Origin: Candidatus Acidiferrum sp.
GTDB lineage: Bacteria; Chloroflexota; Dormibacteria; CF-121
Assembly (NCBI GenBank): GCA_035602395.1
Contig: DATNMH010000068.1
Span: 920 to 64,919 of the forward strand
Reading direction: 5' to 3'
DNA: 64,000 bases
Shown: piece by piece, positions 16,890 through 27,350 of the stretch
How the letters are laid out: every line of letters starts with the position of its first letter
How positions within the stretch are numbered: position 1 is the stretch's first letter
The notes under the pieces: generated by a model
What the model was told of the DNA's origin: nothing
The model's database searches: none
The model's input: the letters and a program-made list of their open reading frames with translations, nothing else
Made by a program: the position numbers and the translations under genes

Positions 16890-17924
16890 TTAGTAGATGA
16901 AGCCCAGGAGATCCAGGCCGGCTGTCGACTTGATCGTGCGGTAGTCCACGCGGCCCCAGCCGCCGTAGTTCATCTCCGACACCGTGAACGAACCGTCGGC
17001 GTTTACCGACTCGACGTAGGCGACGTGCCCGACGGGCGAGGTCCAGCTGATGCCCTGGACCATGATCGCTCCGGCCATCGGTACCTGGCCCTCGGCAAAG
17101 CCAAAGGCCCGCGCGTTCGACCACCATTCATAGGCATTGCCATTCCATGGGACATTGCGCCGGTGCGCGACCCACCAGGTGCAATAGCCGTAGGGGAACT
17201 TCCCGCCGGACCCCGCGACCGGGGTGTTGCTGTAGGTGATGGTGTAGTTCGTCACCTGCCGGCCGAGGCGGTTCCACGTCACCGAGCGGACGGTCTTCTT
17301 CCCGATGCCGGTATCGAGGGCTGGCCCAACGCCGTCCGGGAGCATCAGCATCGAGCCCGCCTTGAGGTGAGCCGGGTCTCGGAGCAGGTTGAAATCGACG
17401 ATGTCCTGGACATTCACGTGGTACTGGATGGCGAGCGCGTGAAGCTGGGTGTCCGACTGGACTTTTACAAGGATCCCGTTGACCGGTGGAACGACCAGCC
17501 GCTCCCCGGCGATGACGCTCGTGATATCGGAAATGTTGTTCGCCCAGCGGAGGGTATCAACGGTCAGGCCAAAGCGGCCGGCCACATCCTGGACCGTATC
17601 GCCCGCCTTGATCGTGTAGTAGCTGACATCCTTCCGGACCGTGGCGTCCACACTCGACGTGCTCATCTTCATGATGAACCCACCCTGGCTGAGCACCACG
17701 TCGTCGACGTGCGTGGTCCGCAGTGCGACCGAAGGGGTGGGATTTGCGCCGTAAGCGGTGTCGGTGTGGAGTCGGTCGAAGGCCGTCAGTACCGGGATCA
17801 CGGCTGCCGCTAACAAAACAAGCGTGTGCGTTAAAAACCGGCTCTGTGCCAGATCACTTCCCCCGTGATAGCTCAGTTGGTTTTTTTGGATGGTAGCACA
17901 GCTTAGGTCCGCGCAAGTGCCCAA
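16890..17924 (-). CDS. Peptidoglycan hydrolase: TM anchor, two LysM domains and a C-terminal CHAP (NlpC/P60-like) domain
   Basis: YTIKAGDTVQDVAGRFGLTVDTLRWANN (LysM). CTWWVAHRR...VGHVAYVESV (CHAP Cys/His). TTG 17924 start is uncertain. Confidence 0.8.
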   Translation of the reverse strand: MGTCADLSCATIQKNQLSYHGGSDLAQSRFLTHTLVLLAAAVIPVLTAFDRLHTDTAYGANPTPSVALRTTHVDDVVLSQGGFIMKMSTSSVDATVRKDVSYYTIKAGDTVQDVAGRFGLTVDTLRWANNISDITSVIAGERLVVPPVNGILVKVQSDTQLHALAIQYHVNVQDIVDFNLLRDPAHLKAGSMLMLPDGVGPALDTGIGKKTVRSVTWNRLGRQVTNYTITYSNTPVAGSGGKFPYGYCTWWVAHRRNVPWNGNAYEWWSNARAFGFAEGQVPMAGAIMVQGISWTSPVGHVAYVESVNADGSFTVSEMNYGGWGRVDYRTIKSTAGLDLLGFIY

Positions 17925-18150
17925 ACGCGCTTCCCCAAAAGGTGGAAGTGGCCAAGACGTGACAAAAATGTGAAAATGCGAGACAGTTGGGGCCGCTGCT
18001 TAGCGGAGCGGGCTGAGCGGTTGCTGAATACGAATTTCGCAGGAAGGGCTCACGGAGGCAGGCGATTTGGGGTCGGACGGGGCAGGCAACACCAGCCTGG
18101 GCCTTAACAGTTGTAAAGAATTTCATAGGGCAGTAAACTCCCCACCCTCT

Positions 18151-19560
18151 GTGGCGGTACGGCTTCGGACGCGCCGCAGGGTGACGATCGCGGTTCTGGG
18201 CCTCGCCGGAGGGCTCAGCCTGCTGCTGGCGCCGGCCCCCGCGCTGGCCGACACCGCCGCGTCGCCGTCACCCTCGCCATCGGCTAGTTCGAGCCCGGCT
18301 GCAAATCCAGCCAGCCCCTCCCCGACGTCCTCGGCGACGCCGACCGGCTCGCCCAGCGCCAGCCCGAGCAGTCCAGGCCTCCAGAACCGCCAGGCCCAGG
18401 GCCAGCTGATCGGTGACCTGACCGCCGCCGAAGCGCACGCCCTGATGCTGGAGAAGTCACTCAGTCAGTCCCAGCTCGGCCTGGTTGCGCTCGGCCAGCA
18501 GATCCTCGACGCGGAACGACAGATCTCCCAGCTCGACGCCAGGATCGCGGCCGTCACGGCCCAGCACGCGGAGGTCAGCGCGCGGCTGGCGTCAGATCGC
18601 AACCAGCTCGCCACCACCGTTCGGCGGCTTTACAAGCACCAGGACAACTTCTTCGCCAGCCTGATTCGTTCCGGCGGGTTTGGCGGCCTGCTGGAGACGA
18701 TCGGGTACAGCGACGTCGTCGTCGACCGGGAGCGGGACATGGTTCGAACGGTGCAGGCCGATGAGGTCGCGTTGGCCCACGCGCAGGCGAACCTGGCGCG
18801 CAGCCGCGCGACAAAGAAGGATGTCCTCACCGGGCTGGTCCGGTCGCGCACGACGCTGGCCCAGGCGATCGCCAACGAGCAGTCGCTCCAGACCCAGCTA
18901 CAGGCGGCGATCGACGAGGCCCTGGCCGCGCTCGACGCCATGCAAAGCGATTCGCCCGAGGTGGCGGCCCGTCGCGCGGCGCTCCAGCGGATCAAGACCG
19001 ACAGCATCCTGAGCCAGATCGAGCAGGCAGTATTCGCCCAGCAGAATATTGAGCTGACCGCGAACCTGGTCGCATCGGATCCGGTGTTGACCGCGACCGG
19101 GAAGCTGCTCTGGCCGATCCCGCATGCGACCGTCTCCCAGGGTTTTGGCCCGACCGCCTATGTCTTCGAAGCCGCCTACGCGGGGTTCGCGCATTTCCAT
19201 ACCGGGATCGATCTTGCGGTGCCACTCGGGACGCCGGTCTTCGCGGCGGCCGACGGCGTGGTCGTGCTCGCCCGACCGATGACCGACGCCGCCGGGACGC
19301 TGGTCGGCTACGGGAACTACGTCATCATCCAGCACGACGCCGGGCTCAAGACCCTCTACGGGCACCTCCTGGCGATCGGTGTCAAGGAAGGCGATCAGGT
19401 CAAGCGGGGCCAGCTGATCGGTTTGGTCGGCTCGACCGGCAACTCCACCGGACCGCACACCCACTTCGAGGTGCGGATCGAGAACAGCCCGGTCGACCCG
19501 CTGCAGATGCTGCCCGACCCGCCGTCCCAAACGGCGGCGCCGGTCACGACCGCGAACTGA
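18151..19560 (+). CDS. Secreted coiled-coil M23 (LytM-type) peptidoglycan metalloendopeptidase
   Basis: Signal peptide RRRVTIAVLGLAGGLSLLLAPAPALA, Ser/Pro linker and long coiled coil. HTGIDLAVPLGTPV ... GPHTHFEV show an intact catalytic set. The ORF track starts at TTG 18067; GTG 18151 is preferred. Confidence 0.85.
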   Translation: MAVRLRTRRRVTIAVLGLAGGLSLLLAPAPALADTAASPSPSPSASSSPAANPASPSPTSSATPTGSPSASPSSPGLQNRQAQGQLIGDLTAAEAHALMLEKSLSQSQLGLVALGQQILDAERQISQLDARIAAVTAQHAEVSARLASDRNQLATTVRRLYKHQDNFFASLIRSGGFGGLLETIGYSDVVVDRERDMVRTVQADEVALAHAQANLARSRATKKDVLTGLVRSRTTLAQAIANEQSLQTQLQAAIDEALAALDAMQSDSPEVAARRAALQRIKTDSILSQIEQAVFAQQNIELTANLVASDPVLTATGKLLWPIPHATVSQGFGPTAYVFEAAYAGFAHFHTGIDLAVPLGTPVFAAADGVVVLARPMTDAAGTLVGYGNYVIIQHDAGLKTLYGHLLAIGVKEGDQVKRGQLIGLVGSTGNSTGPHTHFEVRIENSPVDPLQMLPDPPSQTAAPVTTAN

Positions 19561-19570
19561 CGAAAAGAGC

Positions 19571-20086
19571 TCAGTACACCGGCGTGTAGCCGGGGTTGGC
19601 GCTGGCACTCGCCGCCGCGGCCGCCGCCAGGTCGGGCGTCGCCACGAACCACTTGCCGCCGATGCCCTGGCCATTGGCGTCGCCTGAGGCGCTGTCCTTG
19701 CTGTAGTGGTACAGGGGGTGGCCGTTATAAAGGATCTGATTGCCGTTCCCGCCGTTCAGCACGCTGAGGTGCCCGGGCAACGCCGGGTCGCTGGTCGGAG
19801 TCCCCGAATCCGACACGAGCGGCGGCCAGGTGGTGGCGCAGCCGCCGGTGCACGCGACCTTGGTTGCGGTATCGGCGGTGAAGTAGTAGAGCGTCAGCCC
19901 TTGAGCGTTCTTCAGCACCGTTTGGGTCGTGCTGCCCACCGTTATCGAGGCGGTGTGGATCAGCGCGTTGCTTGTCGCAGCCGGGCTGCTGCCCGTGCCC
20001 GAACCGGTCGTGCCGCCGCACGCGGCCAGGAGCAGGGCGGCCAGCGCGCCGACGGTGAGCCCTATCGAAAGCCGAATCGACCTCAT
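19571..20086 (-). CDS. Lipoprotein with duplicated Yx(F/Y)xxD motif (COG4315 family)
   Basis: SD gaggagg before ATG 20086, lipobox LLLAAC, LYYFTAD and LYHYSKD motifs. Confidence 0.8.
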   Translation of the reverse strand: MRSIRLSIGLTVGALAALLLAACGGTTGSGTGSSPAATSNALIHTASITVGSTTQTVLKNAQGLTLYYFTADTATKVACTGGCATTWPPLVSDSGTPTSDPALPGHLSVLNGGNGNQILYNGHPLYHYSKDSASGDANGQGIGGKWFVATPDLAAAAAASASANPGYTPVY

Positions 20087-20346
20087 GAGTGCCTCCTCAG
20101 GGAACGATCCCAAAACTGAATACGACCGCTGGTTACGTTCGGCCCTTGCCAAACCAGCCTGCCCGTTGTACGATGCCGGGCACATGACGGGGCGGGTTCG
20201 CTTCGCGGGCTTTTACTTTTACGCCTACCTCGGGCCGGCACGGGACCGGCTCGGGATGGGTTAGCGCCGCCCCTCCCGCCGCCACCCGTACACCGGCCTC
20301 CTCCCAAACATACGACTAAATTGGCGCGCCCAGGAGGCAAACAAGG

Positions 20347-20715
20347 ATGGCGGTTCGAGGCATTCGCGGCGCGACGACCACAGACGAAGATAGCGAAGCG
20401 GCCATCGTCGACGCCACGACCGAGTTGCTGGCGCAGATCGCTCGCGAGAACGCGCTGCAGCCCGGCGATATCGCGGCAGCGTGGTTCACGACCACCCCTG
20501 ATCTAACCGCCGAGTTCCCGGCGGCGGCGGCCAGGCGGTTTGGCTGGGGCGATGTGCCGCTGATGTGCGCCCACGAGATGGCCGTGCCCGCCTCGAACCC
20601 GCGCAGCCTTCCCCGTTGCATCCGGGTGCTGCTGCTGGTCAACACCGAGCAGCCGTCGTCGGCGATGCATTTTGTTTACTTGCGCGGCGCGCAGGCGCTG
20701 AGGGTGACCGCATGA
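20347..20715 (+). CDS. aroH: Chorismate mutase, AroH class
   Basis: MAVRGIRGATT..., TTTPDLTAEFPA, IRVLLLVN are typical of monofunctional AroH. Confidence 0.9.
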   Translation: MAVRGIRGATTTDEDSEAAIVDATTELLAQIARENALQPGDIAAAWFTTTPDLTAEFPAAAARRFGWGDVPLMCAHEMAVPASNPRSLPRCIRVLLLVNTEQPSSAMHFVYLRGAQALRVTA

Positions 20716-21734
20716 TCATCGTGATGCGGCATGACGCGACCAAGGAACAGGTGGCGGCGGTGGTCTCGCAGGTCGAGGCACACGGTTGCCGCACCCACCT
20801 GAGTGACGGCGACGAGCGAACGGTAATCGGCGTTATCGGGACGAATCCATTCGCCTTGCGGGATCTCTTCATCGAGGCCCCTGGCGTAGCCGAGGTGGTA
20901 CCAATCACGAAGCCATTCAAACTGTCGAACCGCGAATTCCGATCGCGCGATACTCGCATCACGGTCGGTGTCCATGAGGTCGGTGGAGGCCGTCCCTGGA
21001 TCGTGGCCGGGCCGTGCTCGGTGGACGGCGAGGAGCTATACCTCGAGACCTGCCGGAGGGTCCGGGCGGCGGGAGCCCACGCGCTTCGCGGCGGTGTCTT
21101 CAAGCCGCGCACCTCCCCCTACAGCTTCCAGGGACTGCGCGGCGATGGAATCAGCATCCTGCGCGAGGCGAAACGCGAGACCGGCCTTCCGCTGGTGTGC
21201 GAGGTGCTGGAGCCGGCGGACATCGGGACACTCGCCGACATCGTCGACGTGTTGCAAATCGGTGCCCGCAACATGCAGAACTTTCCCCTCCTTTCGGAAG
21301 TCGGTCGCCTGCGGAAGCCCGTTCTGCTGAAGCGAGGAATGTCGGCCACCATCGAGGAATGGCTCCTCTCGGCCGAGTACATCCTCAGTCAGGGCAACTA
21401 CGAGGTCATCCTTTGCGAGCGTGGCATTCGCACCTTCGAGACCTACACCCGGAACACGCTCGATCTCAACGCCGTGCCCCTGATCAAGGAGTTGAGTCAC
21501 CTGCCGGTGATCGTCGATCCGAGCCACGGCACCGGCCGGCGCTCCCTGGTCACCCCGATGGCATTGGCCGGGATTGCCGCGGGCGCGGATGGACTGATCG
21601 TCGAGGTGCACGCGCAGCCGGAGGTCGCGCTCTCTGACGGTGCCCAATCGCTGACCCCGCAGGCGTTCGCCCACCTGGTCGAGCAGGTCGATGCCGTCGC
21701 TGCCGCGCTGAGCCGGACGGTCGGAGTGGCCTGA
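20712..21734 (+). CDS. aroF: 3-deoxy-7-phosphoheptulonate (DAHP) synthase, class I-beta with N-terminal ferredoxin-like regulatory domain
   Basis: ATGA overlap with aro[28 protein letters not shown]. Confidence 0.9.
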   Translation: MIIVMRHDATKEQVAAVVSQVEAHGCRTHLSDGDERTVIGVIGTNPFALRDLFIEAPGVAEVVPITKPFKLSNREFRSRDTRITVGVHEVGGGRPWIVAGPCSVDGEELYLETCRRVRAAGAHALRGGVFKPRTSPYSFQGLRGDGISILREAKRETGLPLVCEVLEPADIGTLADIVDVLQIGARNMQNFPLLSEVGRLRKPVLLKRGMSATIEEWLLSAEYILSQGNYEVILCERGIRTFETYTRNTLDLNAVPLIKELSHLPVIVDPSHGTGRRSLVTPMALAGIAAGADGLIVEVHAQPEVALSDGAQSLTPQAFAHLVEQVDAVAAALSRTVGVA

Positions 21735-22546
21735 TGCGGGTCGGGATCGTCGGCCTCGGCTTGATCGGCGGCTCGCTTGGCCTGGCCTTACGCCGGCTGG
21801 GCGGGTCGGTCGAAGTGCGCGGCGTCGCGCACCGCGCCGATGGTGTCGCGGTGGCCCAGCAGCGCGGCGCGGTCGACTACGCGTCGACGGATCTCCGCGA
21901 CCTCGCGGATTGCAACATCGTCGTGGTCGCCACCCCGATCAACCAGATCCGCTCGGTGCTCGAGCAACTCGTCGCCGACATCCCGCCACAGGCGATCGTC
22001 ACCGACGTCGCGAGTGTGAAGCGCCCCGTTCTCGAGTGGGCCCGCTGCCTGCCCGATCCCTCCCGATTCCTCGGCGGTCACCCGGTGGCCGGCAAGGAGC
22101 GCAGCGGGCTGAGCGAGAGCGATGCCACGCTGTTTCGGGGGGAGACCTGGGTCTTCACCCCGGATGACGGACAGGAGCTCACGCCGTTCGATGAATGGTT
22201 CCGCCTCGTGCGCGCGATTGGCGCGCGGCCGCAGATCCTGTCCGCGGAGGCGCACGACCGGCAGATGGCGTTTCTCAGCCACCTGGCCTTCACCCTCAGC
22301 ATCGCGTACGCGCAGACCGTGCGGCCCTTTGCTGACCCACGGCTCGGCGGCCCTGGGTATCGGGGCATGGTGCGGCTGGCCGAGGGTGACCCCACCATGT
22401 ACGAGGACATCACGTCGACCAATCGCGGGCCACTGGTCGAGGCGATCGATCGGTTCGCGGAGGTCTTGCACGATTACCGCGAGCGCATCGACCGCGGCGA
22501 CCGCGTGCGTGAACTCTTTGAGCAGGGCGCGCGTGCCGCCCACTGA
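21734..22546 (+). CDS. tyrA: Prephenate dehydrogenase
   Basis: [34 protein letters not shown] junction with aroF. Confidence 0.9.
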   Translation: MRVGIVGLGLIGGSLGLALRRLGGSVEVRGVAHRADGVAVAQQRGAVDYASTDLRDLADCNIVVVATPINQIRSVLEQLVADIPPQAIVTDVASVKRPVLEWARCLPDPSRFLGGHPVAGKERSGLSESDATLFRGETWVFTPDDGQELTPFDEWFRLVRAIGARPQILSAEAHDRQMAFLSHLAFTLSIAYAQTVRPFADPRLGGPGYRGMVRLAEGDPTMYEDITSTNRGPLVEAIDRFAEVLHDYRERIDRGDRVRELFEQGARAAH

Positions 22547-22547
22547 C

Positions 22548-23831
22548 GTGGAGTCGGCGCAAATCGTTGAGCCAGCAACCAGGATTGCCGGTGAGGTGCG
22601 CGTTCCCGGCGACAAGTCGATCGCGCACCGCGCTCTCATGCTGGCGGCCCTGGCGCAAGGGGATAGCCGGATCGAGGGGCTTCCCGATGGCGAGGATGTG
22701 GCGGCGACCGTCGCCTGCCTACGCAGTCTCGGCGTGCGCATCGATCGCACCGGCGGCCCGGCCCGTGTCCATGGCGGAGGCTGGCGGTCGTTCAGCCCTT
22801 CACACGGACCGCTCGATTGCGCGAACTCCGGAACCACGATGCGCCTGATGTTGGGCATCCTTTCGGGAAGCTGGGTATCAGCCACGCTCGACGGTGACGC
22901 CTCGCTTCGCCGCCGGCCGATGGCGCGGGTGGTCGAACCACTCCGCATCATGGGGGCCAGGATCCAATCGCAGGATGGCCGTGCCCCGCTGACGGTGACC
23001 GGAGCGCGGTTGCAGGGGCGCCGCCATGTGCTCGCGGTGCCGAGTGCCCAGGTGAAGAGCGCGCTTCTCCTGGCGGGGCTTACCGCCAGCGGCCCGACGA
23101 CGGTCGTCGAACCTGTGGCGACCCGCGATCACACAGAACGGCTGCTCCGTGCGATGGGGACGGATGTCCAGGCGACCGCGGATGGCGTAGTGATCCGGCC
23201 CTCGCAGCAACCGTTGCGCCCGATTGATCTCTCGGTACCCGGCGACTTTTCGTCGGCCGCCTTTTGGATGGCGGCGGCGGCGCTCCGGCCAGGTTGGTCG
23301 GTCACCATTCGCCAGGTCGGACTGAACCCCAGCCGCACAGCGTTCCTGCGCCTGCTGGAGTCGATGGGGGCCGAGATTCACGTCGATACGGATGTCGCGG
23401 GCGTCGAGCCACTCGGTTCCTTGACCGTCACGGGCCGTCGGTTGCACGCGGTGACGATGGGCGCCGCCGATGTGGCCGCAGCCATCGACGAAATTCCCGC
23501 GCTGCTCAGTGTGGCGACCCAGGCTGAGGGCACGACCGTCATCGAGGGCGCCGCCGAGCTTCGCGTCAAGGAAAGTGATCGCTTGGCGACCATGTCGGAG
23601 GGCCTTCGCCGGATGGGCGCGGTCGTCGACGAGCGTGCGGACGGCGTGAGCATCCATGGCCAGGCGGCACTGCACGGTGCGACGGTCCAATCGCGCGGCG
23701 ACCATCGCATCGCCATGGCACTCGCCGTCGCCGGACTAGCCGCATCCGGCCCGACTACGATCGAAGGCGCTGAGTCGGTCGCGGTCTCATATCCGAACTT
23801 CTTTGAGCAGCTGCAGGAGCTAGCCCAATGA
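22548..23831 (+). CDS. aroA: 3-phosphoshikimate 1-carboxyvinyltransferase (EPSP synthase)
   Basis: PGDKSIAHRALMLAALA, NSGTTMRL, LRVKESDRL. GTG 22548 (or 22533) chosen within ORF 22122..23831. Confidence 0.9.
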   Translation: MESAQIVEPATRIAGEVRVPGDKSIAHRALMLAALAQGDSRIEGLPDGEDVAATVACLRSLGVRIDRTGGPARVHGGGWRSFSPSHGPLDCANSGTTMRLMLGILSGSWVSATLDGDASLRRRPMARVVEPLRIMGARIQSQDGRAPLTVTGARLQGRRHVLAVPSAQVKSALLLAGLTASGPTTVVEPVATRDHTERLLRAMGTDVQATADGVVIRPSQQPLRPIDLSVPGDFSSAAFWMAAAALRPGWSVTIRQVGLNPSRTAFLRLLESMGAEIHVDTDVAGVEPLGSLTVTGRRLHAVTMGAADVAAAIDEIPALLSVATQAEGTTVIEGAAELRVKESDRLATMSEGLRRMGAVVDERADGVSIHGQAALHGATVQSRGDHRIAMALAVAGLAASGPTTIEGAESVAVSYPNFFEQLQELAQ

Positions 23832-24589
23832 CTTCCACCATCCTTCTGCTAGGTGACTCTGTTTCCCAGAGTCTGTCGCCAGGATTTCAGCATGCCGCCT
23901 TCATGGCCTTAGGGATCGACTGCCGATACGTGGCGCGCGAGGTACCGCCGGCACAACTCGCCGCTATGATCGACGAAATCCGCGCCGACATGCGGATCCT
24001 CGGAGCAAACGTCACCATCCCGCATAAGGAAACGGTCATTCCGTTGCTCGACGAACTCGATCCACTGGCCCGCAAGGTCGGCGCGGTCAATACGATCAGC
24101 CGGGATAGTCTGCGGCTGAAGGGCTGGAACACCGACGTCGTGGGATTCCAGCGCGCACTCGCAGAAAAATCGATATCACCCCGTCGCGTCGCGATTATCG
24201 GAGCGGGCGGAGCCGCGCGCGCGGTCGCCGCCGCCCTCCAACCCACGGCCGATCAGGTCTGGGTCGTCGCGCGGAACCTTGATCGGGCGCGACGGCTTTG
24301 CCGAGATCTCGATATCGTGCGCGGCGGCGCTGTCGACGTAAACCAAATGCAGGATACCGTCGCAGCCGCAGACCTTGTCGTAAATGCCACGCCGTCCGAC
24401 CTTCCGCCCGCGGGTTGGCTGCGACCCGACCAACAACTCTTCGACTTGCGCAGTCGGCCGTCGGTTGATGGTCGGGCCATGCTCCTCTACCAGGGCGCGG
24501 CATCTTTCGAGATATGGACAGGCCGGCCGGCGCCGCTTGTCGTGATGCGCCACACGCTCGAGCGCTCCGCAGCGTCGGTGTCGGCATGA
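23828..24589 (+). CDS. aroE: Shikimate dehydrogenase
   Basis: GANVTIPHKE, NTDVVGF, IIGAGGAARAVAAAL. ATGA overlap. Confidence 0.9.
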   Translation: MTSTILLLGDSVSQSLSPGFQHAAFMALGIDCRYVAREVPPAQLAAMIDEIRADMRILGANVTIPHKETVIPLLDELDPLARKVGAVNTISRDSLRLKGWNTDVVGFQRALAEKSISPRRVAIIGAGGAARAVAAALQPTADQVWVVARNLDRARRLCRDLDIVRGGAVDVNQMQDTVAAADLVVNATPSDLPPAGWLRPDQQLFDLRSRPSVDGRAMLLYQGAASFEIWTGRPAPLVVMRHTLERSAASVSA

Positions 24590-25731
24590 CCCTCCGGTTA
24601 CTTACGGCGGGCGAATCCCACGGCGAGCGGCTCACCGTGATCCTCGACGGTGTTCCCGCCGGGTTGACGGTGCGCGAGGAAGACCTCGCCCGCGACCTGA
24701 CCCGGCGGCAGGGTGGGCACGGCCGAGGCGGACGAATGGCCATCGAGCACGATGCCGCCCACATCGTGGCCGGCGTGCGCGGCGGCTTGACGCTGGGCTC
24801 GCCGATCACGCTCGAGATCGCCAACCGCGACTGGGAGAACTGGCGGCAGGTCATGGCGGTCGACGCCGCGGAGGTCAAGCGCAAACCGATCACGCGGGTG
24901 CGCCCGGGGCACGCGGATCTGGCCGGCATGCTCAAGTACGGCGCCGACGATGCCCGCGACGTGCTCGAGCGCGCCAGCGCCCGGGAGACCGCGGCGCGCG
25001 TGGCGGCGGGCGGGGTGGCGAAGCTGCTGCTCCGCGAGTTCGGCATGCAGGTCCGCAGCTATACGCGCTCCGTCGGGGCCATCGAGGCCACCGTACCCTC
25101 GACGATTTCATGGGACGCGGTTGAGGCATCGCCCGTCCGTTCTCCCCATGATGCGGCGGGGGAGGCCATGGTTGCGGCCATCGACGCCGCGCGCGAACGC
25201 GGCGACACCCTTGGTGGCGTCTTCACCGTGATCGCCGACGGTGTGCCGCCTGGCCTCGGCAGCTACCGCCAGTGGGACACCCGCCTCGACGGGTTGCTCG
25301 CCCAGGCGATCGTGAGCATTCCGGCCTGCAAGGCGGTTGCGATCGGCGATGGCGTGGAGGGCGCGGGCCTAGCTGGCTCGCAGGTCCATGACGTTCCCGT
25401 CTACGACAACCGCCGGCTCAGGCACGAAACCAATCGCGCTGGCGGACTGACCGGCGGCGTCAGCAACGGCGAGCCGCTGGTCGTGCACGGCTACATGAAG
25501 CCGATCTCGACGTTGCTCAAGCCCCTCGCCACCGTCGACCTCAAGACCAAGGAACCGGCCCGCGCCCATTACGAGCGCAGCGACATCTGTGTCGTGCCTG
25601 CGGCTGGCGTGGTCGGCGAGGCCATGGTGGCGCTCGTCCTCGCCGGAGTCGTGCTCGAAAAGTTCGGCGGCGACTCGATGGGGGAGCTTCATCGCAACGT
25701 CGAGAGCTACCTGCAGGAGATCCGCCGTTGA
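24586..25731 (+). CDS. aroC: Chorismate synthase
   Basis: LLTAGESHGE, RPGHADL, GGLTGGVSNGEP. ATGA overlap with aroE. Confidence 0.9.
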   Translation: MTLRLLTAGESHGERLTVILDGVPAGLTVREEDLARDLTRRQGGHGRGGRMAIEHDAAHIVAGVRGGLTLGSPITLEIANRDWENWRQVMAVDAAEVKRKPITRVRPGHADLAGMLKYGADDARDVLERASARETAARVAAGGVAKLLLREFGMQVRSYTRSVGAIEATVPSTISWDAVEASPVRSPHDAAGEAMVAAIDAARERGDTLGGVFTVIADGVPPGLGSYRQWDTRLDGLLAQAIVSIPACKAVAIGDGVEGAGLAGSQVHDVPVYDNRRLRHETNRAGGLTGGVSNGEPLVVHGYMKPISTLLKPLATVDLKTKEPARAHYERSDICVVPAAGVVGEAMVALVLAGVVLEKFGGDSMGELHRNVESYLQEIRR

Positions 25732-27350
25732 ACACCGTAGTCCTGGTCGGCTTCATGGGGAGCGGGAAGTCGACCGTCGGTCCGCGCCTCGCGCAGCGGA
25801 TGGACCGGCCCTTCGTCGACCTCGACGATGTGATCGAGGCCGAGGCCGGGCGATCGGTCGCCGAGATCTTTTCGAGCGAAGGCGAGGCCGGCTTCCGCGA
25901 GCGCGAAGCGCGCTGCCTCGAGCGCGCACTCCAACGCGGCGGCTCGGTTGTTGCCGTCGGGGGCGGCGCGCCGATGCGCGACGAGAACTGGGTGCGCATC
26001 CGGGATGGGAACTGTGTCGTGGCGCTGATCGCCGAGCCCCATGAGCTCGCCCGCCGGCTGAATGGATCAACCGACCGCCCACTGCTGCAGCCGGGCGCGC
26101 CGTCCGTGATCGCTGAGCTGCTGCCGCGCCGCTTGCCCCGCTACCTCGAGGCGGATGTGGTGATCAAGACCGATGGGTTCGATCCGGCCGAGGTCGCGCA
26201 GCAAATCCACGATCGGCTTGCGGGCAGTGGCCTGCACCGGATTCCGATCGACGTCCCCGGCGCCCCACACGACGTCACCGTGGGTGCGCATCTGACCGGC
26301 GTGGTCGCCGCGACGCTGCGGCGGCATTTTCCCTCCCCCTCTGGGGGAGAGCAGGGTGGGGGCTCTCCCACCATCGTCGTCGTGACCGATGACGTGATCG
26401 CCGAACGACACGGCCGACCTCTGCTCCACGAACTGGCATCGGCTGGCATCGATGCACAGATGCACCTGCTGCCGTCAGGGGAGCCTGCTAAGGAGCTAGC
26501 CGTGCTCGCGGGCATCTACGACGCGCTTGCTGCCGCCGGCGTCGATCGGCGCGGCGCGCTGATTGCGTTGGGCGGGGGCAGCGTGGGCGATGTCGCCGGC
26601 TTCGCCGCCGCGACCTGGATGCGGGGCATCAGGTATTTCCAGATGCCGACGACGCTGCTGGCCATGGTCGACAGCAGCATCGGCGGAAAGACGGCGATCA
26701 ACCTGCCCGCCGGCAAGAACCTGGCGGGCGCGGTTCATCAGCCCTCGGCGATCTTCTGCGATCTCGATTACCTGGCAACCCTGCCGGACGAGGAGTTTCG
26801 CGTCGCGTTGGCCGAGGTGATCAAGGCCGCCCTCATTGCCGAGCGCTCTTTTGCCGAGTGGCTCTCCGCCAATATGCCAATGGTGCTGAGCCGCGACGCG
26901 TCCTCGGTCCGCGAGGCGGTGACGCGCGCCATCGCCATCAAGGCGGCTGTTGTGGCGAGCGATCCGAACGAGACGGGTGTGCGGGCCATTCTCAATTACG
27001 GGCACACCGTAGGCCATGCATTGGAACGCGTCGTCGGGTTCGGCGGGATACGACACGGCCAGGCGGTGGCGTGGGGCATGGAGGTGGCGGCACGGATCAG
27101 CCTCCTTGTCGGTGCCTGTACGGCGGAAAGCATTGAGACACAACACGCCCTGCTTCAGGATGCCGGCCTGCTCGGCGATCGCCCCGTCGTTCCTCATGCG
27201 ATGCTGATCGATGCGATGCGGCATGACAAGAAATCCCAATCGGGCGACGCGCGCTGGGTGCTCCTCCGCGAGATCGGCCGGGCGGACTACGGCCAGCGGG
27301 TCGATCCGTCGATCGTTCGCGCCGCGCTCGCCGAGGTCCTTCCCGAATGA
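25728..27350 (+). CDS. aroKB: Fused shikimate kinase / 3-dehydroquinate synthase
   Basis: N-terminal P-loop GFMGSGKSTVG (AroK). C-terminal GGGSVGDVAGFAAATWMRGIRYFQMPTTLLAMVDSSIGGKTAIN and NYGHTVGHALE (AroB). TTGA overlap with aroC. Confidence 0.9.
   Translation: MNTVVLVGFMGSGKSTVGPRLAQRMDRPFVDLDDVIEAEAGRSVAEIFSSEGEAGFREREARCLERALQRGGSVVAVGGGAPMRDENWVRIRDGNCVVALIAEPHELARRLNGSTDRPLLQPGAPSVIAELLPRRLPRYLEADVVIKTDGFDPAEVAQQIHDRLAGSGLHRIPIDVPGAPHDVTVGAHLTGVVAATLRRHFPSPSGGEQGGGSPTIVVVTDDVIAERHGRPLLHELASAGIDAQMHLLPSGEPAKELAVLAGIYDALAAAGVDRRGALIALGGGSVGDVAGFAAATWMRGIRYFQMPTTLLAMVDSSIGGKTAINLPAGKNLAGAVHQPSAIFCDLDYLATLPDEEFRVALAEVIKAALIAERSFAEWLSANMPMVLSRDASSVREAVTRAIAIKAAVVASDPNETGVRAILNYGHTVGHALERVVGFGGIRHGQAVAWGMEVAARISLLVGACTAESIETQHALLQDAGLLGDRPVVPHAMLIDAMRHDKKSQSGDARWVLLREIGRADYGQRVDPSIVRAALAEVLPE
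26331..26363 (+). repeat. Copy c of the hairpin/G-tract element, in-frame inside aroK::aroB
   Basis: ccctccccctctgggggagagcagggtgggggc, translated as PSPSGGEQGGG within ...RRHFPSPSGGEQGGGSPTIVVV... Confidence 0.8.

Noticed and set aside
17862-17915. tRNA-like fragment gatagctcagttggt...tagcacagc
   Set aside because: It resembles a D-arm only. There is no T-arm (GGTTCGAATCC-type), anticodon arm or acceptor pairing. It is probably chance or a very decayed remnant within the 5' region of the LysM-CHAP ORF.
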